NCBI RefSeq assembly: GCF_964204645.1
Contig: NC_134030.1
Location: forward strand, 20,792,210-20,856,209
Reading direction: 5' to 3'
Origin: Tubulanus polymorphus
Lineage: Eukaryota; Animalia; Nemertea
Length of the DNA stretch: 64,000 nt
Shown: one piece after another, positions 53,695 to 64,000 of the stretch
How positions within the stretch are numbered: position 1 is the stretch's first letter
Layout: the number at the start of each line of letters is the position of its first letter
Made by a program: the position numbers and the translations under genes
Notes under the pieces: generated by a model
What the model saw: only the letters and a program-made list of their open reading frames with translations
What the model was told of the DNA's origin: nothing
Database searches by the model: none

Positions 53695-53726
<32 letters not shown>

Positions 53727-56700
53727 CTGCTCGTATTGTTGTTCGACGGATTACGCTGGGATTATGTTGCCGATGACGACCGCAGTTTACCGGGGTTCGC
53801 GACCGTTTTTAAAAACGGGGTGAAAGCCGATCACCTGCGACCGGTTTTCCCGACGCTGTGCTACCCGAATCTCTACTCGCTTGCCACAGGTACGTGTTTT
53901 ACGCCATTGTCAATTTACAGTTGGAGCCATCCCATTTTGCCTGGAACCATCCTCTTCTGTTTAGAACCGCTCGCTGAGCCTGAAACCATCGCTTCAGCGT
54001 GGAACCATCCTAGCATGGATCCAACCGACTTAAGCCCTGAACCATCCTGTTTAACATGGAGCCACCCCCTTAGCCTGGTACCACCCTTTCGACAGCCCCG
54101 AACCATCCTCTTAAGCTTGAAACCATGCTCTTTAGCCCCAAGCCACCCTTTCAGCCTGGAACCACCCATCAATACTGGAAGATTTAGCGAACTCGGGTAA
54201 TAACGAGTCTCGAAAATTGAGATTAACAAACGCGAAAATTTCTATTAAGAGGGAAATAATTTATATGTCTCGATAAGCAGGAAAAGTTAGAAGGGCAATG
54301 CAGGTACAGGCACAGGGTTCAGGGGATTTAAACCTTGGATCTAGTTTAAACAAAAAATACGGCTATTGTTATATCTATTGTATCAAATCAAATCGCGATC
54401 TACTTATTAACCCTTTCAGTGCGTATACACTGCAGTGCGGTGTATGAATCAGTGATGGATTTTGCTAGCACACCGCACTGCGGTGTATGGGTGTAATTAG
54501 TAATTAGTTTTTATCTCTATTGAAAGATGGCAGCACCTGCCAAACATAGTGAAATATTAGTTACTAACGATACACCGCGCCGCGGTGTAGACGCACTATA
54601 GTGGTATTCCCGTTATTCAACACACTAGGGCGGAATTTTTCAAAATTTTCAGATTATCCCCAGCACTATAGGGTATTGATTAGTCAGCACTGAAAGAGTT
54701 AAACAAATAACAATCACTCAATCCCTACTTAAAGATTAAAAAGATGGACAGCTATATTGTAAAAAAAACGTTGAAACAGCGGTTTTCAAGCTGAATTCTG
54801 AATGTTGTTTGTTACAGGTCTATATCCGGAGAGTCACGGTATGATCGGTAATTACATGTACGACAGCGTCGAAGACGAACATTTCAAAGCGAAATCGACG
54901 AAATCTTTTTGGTGGAACGGTGCTGAACCGATTTGGATCACTGCGAAAAAACAGGTTAGAGCGCATGCAAATTCAAAATGCCACATTTTCAACCTTAGCG
55001 GAGTCGTAATGACATTTAGCTGAAACGTTGTTTAAAAGTTAAAGACGATTCAAAATTATGACTCCAAATTGCTGTTTCATAAATCTAGTTGAGTCCTTAT
55101 TACTATTGTATAGTCTCAATGACTCAATTAACTGTACTATGCTTATACTCTTAACCCTTTCGCTGAAACATGATTGAATCATGGTTTGCCACAGTCACCA
55201 GAGGTGAAAAAAATTTAAGCAATTTAAATAGAAAACCATTCATTTTTTGTTGGGCCTTGATGTTATCTCGATAGAAAATAGAGATATTTTTTCTAAATTT
55301 TAAATGTGACAGAATCAACTGGCTAATGTTTCAGAAAATGTCAGAGCTTAGTTGTCTGGTGTACGTACATAGAGTTATGTATATATGTGTTGACAAGTGC
55401 TATACAATACTTGATGATGAGCATATCGAATGTCAATTTAGTGACGGGCCCAGCTAGCCATACGCAGCGAAAGTGTTATTAAGAGTTTGCCATAAGAGTG
55501 AAAGCTTCTTGAATCGAATGGTTACTTCGATAATTAAAAACATTGTTGTTCTAGGGTAAACGCAGTGGTTGGTATTACTGGCCAGGTTGTGAAGTGAAGA
55601 TTCACGGTTATACTCCGGATTTGTGTAAACCGTATTATTACTACCCGAGCAAGAAGGACGTCTCCTCGGCCGTACTGGACGCTGTTACTAGACTGCGCGA
55701 CGACTCTTTAGATATCGCCGGTAAGATATTAGTCCTTTCTGTATTTCTATTTCTGTGTATATGGAATGTTAACCCTAACAGATCCCAGGGTGGCCCATCT
55801 TCACCCGTCAAGGGATTCGAACCCACTACGCTAAAGCTGTTCCCCGAACCCCTTGACCTCACGAGTCGTTGGAGTCGTTACTAGCCGACCAGAATCCGGT
55901 CGTACCAATCACAGCGCTTGTAACAAACCGACAGTAGACTTCTGTTGGTTTTCCCGTTAAATGGACCAATCAGCGAACGTTTTACCGAACAAGGAAGTAT
56001 TTCGCAAATCGATATATGACGTCATGCGCAACAGCGCCAGTAATGAAATCACGCTTCGTGAGGCCAGGGGGCTGGTGGAAGCGAGTTCGGGAGTGATACT
56101 GGACCCCTGGCAAGCAAGGATGAGGGTGGCCACTTTACGACGAGTTTCTTGGTCGAAGGTTCTTCTCTGGTCTCTCCCCATTGGGAAAAAAGAAACATCG
56201 AACCTGCTAATAATGACTTGCGTGGCGCTCGGCAGGGTTGAGGGAGGATAATGAAATGAATGTGTATTTGTTGTAGGTGTATACAGTGAGGTATTAGACG
56301 TGACCGGTCACCGCCACGCGTCCGACTCCAGCCAGATGAGAACGGCTCTCAGCGATGTCGATTCGATCGTGATACTCGCCGTCGCCGAGATTAAAAAACA
56401 CGGTCTGCAAAACTCGGTGAATCTGATGATCGTCTCCGATCACGGGACGACCCCCGTGTCGCTGTCGAGAGTCATCAATCTACGAGAGCTCGTCAAAGAG
56501 TCGCAGGTCGATAGAATGCTGGACGGCGGGCCGTACGTGAACATCTGGCCGGCGCAGAACCAATTAAAACAGGTCAGTTACATTTTCATCATTCTTACTT
56601 AAAGTGGATTGTTGTATCCACCAGGTGTCGCTAGTGTGCAGTAGGACATTAATTACTGCGGCAATAGAGAATTCCACTGGTGGCAAGTGAGGATCCACCA

Positions 56701-59007
56701 GGTGTCGCTAGTGTGCAGTAGGACATGAACTACTGCAGCAATAGAGAATTCCACTTGTGGCAAGTGAGGATCCACCAGGGGTCGCTAGTGTGCAGTAGGA
56801 CATTAATTACTGCGGCAAATGAGAATTCCACTTGTGACAAGTGAGGATCCACCAGGTGTCACTAGTGTGCAGTAGGACATCAACTACTGCGGCAATAGAG
56901 AATTCCACTTGTGACAAGTGAGGATCCACCAGAGGTCGCTAGTGTGCAGTAGGACATCAACTACTGCAGCATTAGAGGATTCCACTTGTGACAAGTGAGG
57001 ATCCACCAGGTGTCGTTAGTGTGCAGTAGGACATCAACTACTGCGGCAATGGAGAATTCCACTTGTGGCAAGTGAGGATCCACCAGGTGTCACTAGTGTG
57101 CAGTAGGACATCAACTACTGCAGCAATGGAGGATTCCACTTGTGGCAAGTGAGGATCCACCAGGTGTCACTAGTGTGCAGTAGGACATCAACTACTGCGG
57201 CAATGGAGGATTCCACTTGTGGCAAGTGAGGATCCACCAGGTGTCACTAGTGTGCAGTAGGACATCAACTACTGCAGCAATGGAGAATTCCACTTGTGGC
57301 AAGTGAGGATCCACCAGGTGTCACTAGTGTGCAGTAGGACATCAACTACTGCGGCAATGGAGAATTCCACTTGTGGCAAGTGAGGATCCACCAGGTGTCA
57401 CTAGTGTGCAGTTGGACATCAACTACTGCGGCAATAGAGGATTTTTCGTGTCTCGTTTGATGATCGTATTTGTATTTGTATTTTCAAAGATCCAGGCTTG
57501 ATTATGTTTTCATTGGCAAATGACTTATGAATTTTATGTTTGATTCTTTTTCAAATCTCAGGTGTACACGATTTTGAAATATTCCAAAGAACCGATGACG
57601 GTTTATTTAAAAGAAGATCTTCCGGAACGATGGCATTATAAAAACAGCGCACGAGTCGCGCCGATAACAGTAGTGGCCGATCCAGGCTGGTACATCATAT
57701 CGGTAAGTCATTAATCTGTTGACATTCCTCCCTCCCAGGGATTTGAACCTTATGACAATGTGAGACTCTGCCACGTTCCGCCCTCCCAGGGATTCGAACC
57801 TGATGACATCATGAGAATCTGCCGCATTCAACCCTCGCTAGGATTCAAACCTGATGACATCATGAGAATCTGCCGCATTCAACCCTCGCTGGGATTCGAA
57901 CCTTATGACCTCAAGAGACTCTGCCACGTTCCTCCCTCGGCAGGGGTTCGAACCTGATGACATCATGAGAATCTGCCGCATTCAACCCTCGCTGGGATTC
58001 AAACCTGATGACGTCATGAGACTCTGCCACGTTCCTCCCTCGCAGGGATTCGAACCTGATGACATCGCGAGACTTTGCCACATTCCTCCCTCGGCAGGGG
58101 TTCGAATTATATTCAAATTATGATGAATTATTTGCTGATTATAGCATCATAAAGGATTTCCGATGTACACAAGTAATCGTTACCCGGCCGCAGCCGTACA
58201 CGGGTATGATAATCAACATCCAGACATGTGGGGAATGTTCGCCGCTACTGGACCAGGTACGATTAACAAACACTTCTTCAGCCTACGAGTTGTTCTTGAC
58301 GAGTTGGAGTCAAAATTCTCACCAGATTCTCAAAATATTGACACCAGAATATGATGTTTGCCCACAACTATAGAACTGACTCCAAAGTCAAATCTTACCT
58401 CGCAACTATAGAAATGACTCCAGAGTCAATTTTTACCTCACAACTATGGAAATGACTCCTGAGTCAAATTTTACCTCACAACTATAGAAATGACTCCAGA
58501 GTCAAATTTTACCTCGCAATCGTTGAATTGACTCCTTGCAAAACATTGACTCCGGAGTCAAATGTTCACCCACCTGATGAAACTTCAGTAATTCGTGAAG
58601 TGTTGGACTATTTGGCTCTGCTTCGAATAACTTACTTAAGCCCCCCCCCCCCCAAAAAAAAAGTCAAACTATTGATTAGACGAATTCCTAAATTCTTCAT
58701 TAAATTTTCAGATTTTAAGCGAGGTCTCAAGGTCGGTGGAGTATCGATAGTTGACGTTTACGCGTTGATGTGTCGCAGCGTCGGACTGGCGCCCGCTCAT
58801 AACAACGCCACCTGGTCGAACGTAGCCCAACTAATCGACGACGACGACGAAAATCATTCCATATCATCGGCGGTCGCCGATCCGAAATACGACGTCGTCA
58901 AGGCGACGAGTGTTGCGGCGTCGTCGCCGGATTCGACCCGATTCCGATCCGTAGTCCTGATGACGGTGTTTAGCGTTTTGGCCGCCGTCGCCGGTCGGTT
59001 GGTTTAA
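53598..59007 (+). CDS. ENPP6: ENPP6-like ecto-phosphodiesterase (glycerophosphocholine cholinephosphodiesterase family), ~479 aa, signal peptide and GPI-type tail
   Basis: Exons 53598(alt ATG 53526)-53889, 54818-54954, 55555-55720, 56277-56572, 57562-57702, 58145-58256 and 58712-59007. Motifs [37 protein letters not shown] (ENPP6-type), DVTGH, SDHG, HGYDN. Hydrophobic C-terminus. Confidence 0.9.
54411..54698 (+). mobile_element. 288-bp piggyBac-like MITE
   Basis: TTAA flanks. Same family as 37907 and 40117. Confidence 0.88.
56617..57443 (+). repeat. 78-bp CTCF-motif satellite, ~10.5 copies (ENPP6 intron)
   Basis: GGATCCACCAGGTGTCRCTAGTGTGCAGTAGGACAT units. Confidence 0.96.
57722..58106. repeat. 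51-bp tandem repeat of a SINE B-box segment, ~7.5 copies
   Basis: GGGATTCGAACCTGATGACATCATGAGAATCTGCC unit. A diverged related array lies at 28000-28260. Confidence 0.9.
58363..58570. repeat. 38-bp minisatellite
   Basis: CAACTATAGAAATGACTCCAGAGTCAAATTTTACCTC unit. Confidence 0.85.
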
Positions 59008-59549
59008 CCGGGCGTTCGGAGACTCGGGAGAGGTTTGAATTGTGATGTCCGTATTTTAGTCTAACCCCGTTGACGGAATAGCTACCGGTTTTTCTATTGT
59101 TAACCCTTTCCCGTCCCGTCACTTTTTGGGAAAGTCGAAACCCATGAAAATTGATGAAAGCGGTTATATAGGCAACGGGCGGTATAGGGTTAATGATTAG
59201 GTTTTTTAAGTCGAGCTGAGCCGGCGTGCCGTGGGCGTGTTTTGTACAGATATTATATTCAAACATCAATTGTGCCATATTCAGTCTTTCAGTATGAAAA
59301 AACGCGGTAAAATGTTTTTCAGAAATATTATTACAAAAATGGCCTGTCTCTTGTTGGTTTCCATGCTTTTGGTTTAAGGGAAACCTCTCTGGTGGCCACT
59401 TCCATAGAATATAACGCATTTGCGGTCATCGAGTAATAAAGCAAGAGTTGTTGAAGTTGGGAAACTTCAAAAATAGGTAGCAAAATGCATAATGCAAGTA
59501 GGACCACCTTAAAAATAGCATTTTATTGTGGTGCCTTTGCCTTGTAGAG

Positions 59550-59977
59550 ATATCAATCTGCAGCCTGGACCCTATACTCTGCACAAACATCATTCTAACA
59601 GTTAACAATCGTCCACACGTCACATCTCTTCAGTTCTTTTCCCGAGACATTATTTAATTGAAAATGAACTACAAACTCGTGACATTAGACATTTTATCAG
59701 CTCACTTTCAAAAACTGATCATCCACACTTCACATGTGTTCAGAACTTGAGACATATTTTTAATCGAAAATGAACTACAAACACCAGACATTAAACATCT
59801 TATCAGCACACTTTCAAAAACTGATCGTCCACACGTCACATGTGTTCAGTGCTTCACCTGAGACATTTTTAATCGAAAATGAACTACAAACACCAGATAT
59901 TAGACATTTTATCAGCGCACCTTCAAAAACTGATCATCCACACTTGAGAGGGATGTTTCCAGGCTGAAGATCGATAT
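59550..59977 (+). mobile_element. MITE with internal 109-bp repeats
   Basis: TATCAATCTGCAGCCTGGA ... TCCAGGCTGAAGATCGATA ends. Confidence 0.82.
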
Positions 59978-60371
59978 GTACATCGAAGGCATAGGCGTGT
60001 TGGGTGAATCGTAAACATATATACTGCTCAGTTGATATCTCGGTAACAGCAGGGAACAACAACGAAACTCATCGTCATCAAAGAGAAAAATATGCATTTA
60101 TTTTTACAACTCGCAACATCAAGATATGTATAAGGTACATCGCATAAACGAGCAGTTTTTACAATCTGTTCGAAATGCGTGGACACGACAGGTGTTCATC
60201 TATTGAAAATGATTTCGTGAAATTATGTGCTGAAAATATTCAGAAGAAAAGTGGAATGGTATATTCTTTATTGGTTGTAGCTTATTCTGCCACTTGGATC
60301 TACTGCCATGACAACATTTGGTTGCTTCCATATGTCTTGATTGTTTTAGATAATTATTGTACTGGCAATTT

Positions 60372-60692
60372 GGATCCACCAGGTGTAGCTAGTGTGCAGT
60401 AGGACATCAACTACTGCGGCTATAGAAGATTCCACTTGTGGCAAGTGAGGATGCACCAGGTGTCGCTAATGTACAGTAGGATATCAACTACTGCGGCTAT
60501 AGAAGATTCCACTTGTGGCAAGTGAGGATGCACCAGATGTCGCTAGTGTGCAGTAGGACATCAACTACTGTCACGATAGGGATTCCACTTGTTGCAAGTG
60601 AGGATGCACCAGGTGTCGCTAGCGTACAGTAGGACATCAACTACTGCGGCAATAGAGGATTCCACTTGTTGCAAGTGAGGATCCACCAGGTG
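60372..60692 (+). repeat. 78-bp CTCF-motif satellite, ~4 copies
   Basis: Same unit as 56617. Confidence 0.92.
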
Positions 60693-61010
60693 TAAATCAA
60701 TTTTCAATGAAACTAGAAAACAACAAACCACGAGTAGAAAAGTATGAAAACTTTTCGAGGCTCGTATGACGATCATATTTGTAGCCGCGACATCTGGTGG
60801 GGAATGCCAGTACTCGTATGAAGCTGGAATCTAGTAACGCGTGTCAAGTCTCTCACTCAAGTTACCAAAACCAGTGCGTTTTGTAACGAATCTGTGATAT
60901 AATGAAACTCGTATTTTGATACATACATTATACCGATATTATGTATTTTAATATTTAGATCACAGCATTAGAGAATTTTGTAAATAGACATATTGCATAC
61001 GTATTCTTCT

Positions 61011-61385
61011 GGCACCCCCTAGTGGTCGGTTACCATCGGCAGTGTCCGTTGTAATTGTTTAAGACCACCAGGGGGCGTTTTACGGATCGTTATTTGTTTT
61101 TGCGTCGCCTCCTAGTGGCCGGTTACCAGCGGCAGTGCCCGTTGTAATTTTTTAAGGCCACCAGGGGGCGTTACGATTATTAATTCTGGGGTTAGTTGTG
61201 TTCTGCGCCCTTTGATTGGTCGGTTACCATCGGCAGTGCCCGATGTAATTGTTTAAGACCACCAGGGGGCGCAACTAACATTAATCAGGGGGTAATTGTT
61301 GTGTAAATAGGTGTTTTATGCCCCCTCGGGGGTCGGTTACCATCAGCAGTGTCTGTTGTAATTGTTTAAGACCTCCAGGGGGCGC
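61011..61385. promoter_or_regulatory. Cluster of four units with back-to-back CTCF consensus motifs (candidate insulator)
   Basis: CCACCAGGGGGCG on + at ~61065, 61158, 61259 and a variant at 61372, each preceded by TGTAAT. CCACTAGGRGG-type motifs on - at ~61012-61026 and 61106-61120; degenerate in units 3 and 4. Confidence 0.65.
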
Positions 61386-64000
61386 TTGTTTATCATGTAG
61401 TACCGCGGCGCGTCGTCTTGGCTCGGCTCAAATTTTTGTCATTTTTTTTTTCTTTTAGTCAAATAATTGTTAAGTACTGGGTGACTAGAAAATGACTAGG
61501 TTGTGACTAGTTAGCAGCATATAGGAGAAAAAAGCGGTTACTTAGAATGCCGAGATAATTTTGTTTTCACTGCTCAAAGATCTGAGTTATTTTAAAAGGC
61601 TTATTTTACAGCAGCCTTGGTTTATGTTTAACATTTCTCGAAAGACCTGCGTTCGAATACCAGGGTAAATAATGTGCTTTTTGCCGTGAATTTTGTTGTA
61701 GAAAAAAAAAATCTCCATTACCGGACTCAGTTCCACAGTTGAGTTATGAATGCGGTTATAATTAAGTAAAACATTTTTCGTCAGATTTTAACAGTCATTG
61801 TCTAAATTAAGAGCAGTCTAAAGTCCGTAGATATTTGATAAATCGCCATCATTGAAATTAGCCCTGGACGAGACATAAGTCGAATTGTCTAGCGAGATTA
61901 CCTTGAGTCTTATTCAGCCAGTGGAAACTTGAGTTAAGTCTGGGCTTTGCACTATTATTGGTCTATTAATCTGCTGACGATACTACATATTTGAAAATGA
62001 AATTGATTTGAACCCTTATCCGTGGACTGGTTCACGCTATTTGCCAAACATTCATTCATATCACAAAATGATTGTAATTGCTATTGATACATGTAATGAT
62101 GATGATTAAATAATGATAATTTATTGAAGCCTAAAATGCATTGATAGAATGCTCTAAATGGCTTTACAAAAAAATGCTCGCGAATATCACCTAAGTTTTT
62201 GGTAATTTGTGAATTTTCCTTTTATCCTAAAATCTCCTTTTGAAACCTATTGAATTAATAATAATTTCGGATATTGTCCGAATGGATTTGATTTCTTGTG
62301 TATATTTTTTGTTTTTCGATTTTGATTGCTTTGAACTCGCTCTGTATTTATCGCATACTTCGTTGTTCGTGTGTGAAATTAATGAAAATTGCTGTTCGTA
62401 AAGAATTTACGGAACTTTGGGCAGGTTTCGATTCCAGAAATTCTCCAGAATAGAGGCGCTCTACCTATTCCGGAAAAGCATCTGTGAACCTGATAGAAGC
62501 GGCCGTTAGAGAGTTTTTTAGCCGGAATTTCTTCTAGTAAACCATTCAATCTATGTACAATCGAAATTTGCCTTACAGCCGAGAGGGGCGGGAATAATTT
62601 CCTAAACCAAGCAAAACAAACTGGGGCTGCAAAAGTCGCGCAAAAGTTGGTTAAAGACAACTGACGGATTGATATCCGAGTAACGACGAACTTTTAATAG
62701 TCACTATGTCAACTATCCACTGGTTAACTCTCACCAACTTTTCAGCGACTGCAGCCCCTAGCGTAATTTTAAACCCGAAAAAATTTCAAATTCTGTTTCT
62801 GTTTTTATATGTATACTTTAATGGCAAGATGCACGATTTATAGCTTTAGTTCATTGGTTCTAGGCGGCAGATACAGCATGTAATTCAATTCTTGATTGTG
62901 TAGATAAAATTCTCCATTTGTGTAAGTTATAAAGGCAGCGTTCATTAAGTACATAATAGGCAGAGAATCAAGCACGTTTCGGACATGTCAGCATAGCGTG
63001 CATGGTTGTATCTGTACTATAACCGATCCCATTTCAAAATCAAGCTTAATACAAACGCGTGCGCTTAAAAGTCTGAGGGTGTTAAATTCATCAAACGACA
63101 TCGCTTAAAATATAAATGCTTTTAATGCCAGTGTACGGTGACTGATCCTATTTCAAACTCATTAATATCAAGGTTAACGCAAACGCGCGCACAAGGAAGT
63201 CCATAGGTGTTAATTTCTTCAATCGGCATCCTTTGCACTGCTATGACGTGTTCTGTATAAATGCTCTTCATCTTCTTGAATTCTTCATTCCACATAGATA
63301 GTTATATGGGGATGTAATGAATTGCCATCAACAGAAGTTTGTATTGACTTCATCAACCTGCAGCATCATGCGGCAGGCATAAATAGAAATGATAAGTAAA
63401 TCGGAATATTCGGTCCGTACTTTTCCCTAAAGACTCACTGCTACGTACAAGCCATGTTAGACATGAATCTGTTGATGTCCTACTCAACAATTGTCTTGAT
63501 ATTATCCGAGTTTTCAGCGTCTTTCCACAAAACCCTCTTGTTATTCACCTTAATTATTATTATTCTTAAATCGCTCCTTCAAGCCCCACTGTTTTGTGCA
63601 AGCCATGTTAGACATGAATCTGTTGATGTCCGATTCAACAATTGTCTTAATACATTGTCGTCAGCTCCTTCCCCCAAAACCCCCTTTGTTTTTCTCTTTG
63701 ATTATTATTATTCTTAAATATTCCGAAATAAGAGAACAAAATTATCTGATAAAAGAAATGAACATGGTAAAAAAAAGTAACCAGATAAAATGAACATGAC
63801 AGCATCGTACACTGACACATTGAGAGCAACAACATAAGAAGGCATTATGGTGTAACAAACATAATTTGGGTCCAAATTTTTAATGGCAATTTGATTTATT
63901 TTCTATATGGATACAACGAACTATCAGTTATTGCGAACAGATCTTCTTGTACGTACATATCATAATCTTGGTTTTCTTGACTCGCCTGGCTAACGGCTTG

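Noticed and set aside
57722-58106. Tandem CTGATGA motifs as hammerhead/retrozyme array
   Set aside because: No stem II followed by GAAA. The unit is a SINE B-box derivative.
63230-63720. Possible exon and ~150-bp duplication near window end
   Set aside because: All frames close quickly with no recognisable product. The duplication (63447/63598) is uninformative.

Overview
Eukaryotic, intron-containing animal DNA. It is probably from a bilaterian invertebrate; this is inferred from gene structure, CTCF-like motifs and the lack of CpG depletion in exons, and the species cannot be determined. Five spliced protein-coding genes were rebuilt by hand with GT-AG sites and consistent phases. (1) A small secreted Tyr/Asp/Glu/Gly/His-rich block protein (-). 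(2) An atypical IRF-family factor whose DNA-binding domain lies near the C-terminus, with CtBP- and Sin3-type repressor motifs (-). (3) A ~2165-aa multi-C2H2 zinc-finger protein encoded mostly by one 6.3-kb exon (-). (4) GSK3 beta/shaggy (-, 9 coding exons). (5) A GPI-anchored ENPP6-like phosphodiesterase (+, 7 coding exons), divergent from GSK3. Non-coding DNA is dense in MITEs, MITE-derived minisatellites, tRNA-derived SINE pieces and (TA)n. The most notable signals are: ~20 RFX X-box-like palindromes embedded in frame in the zinc-finger exon (VAIET repeats); a candidate GSK3 cassette exon giving an isoform without Ser9; Cys at the ENPP nucleophile position; a CTCF-motif satellite next to first coding exons, plus a cluster of divergent CTCF motif pairs; and a Penelope-type minimal hammerhead remnant. 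No rRNA, intact tRNA or CRISPR array is supported.
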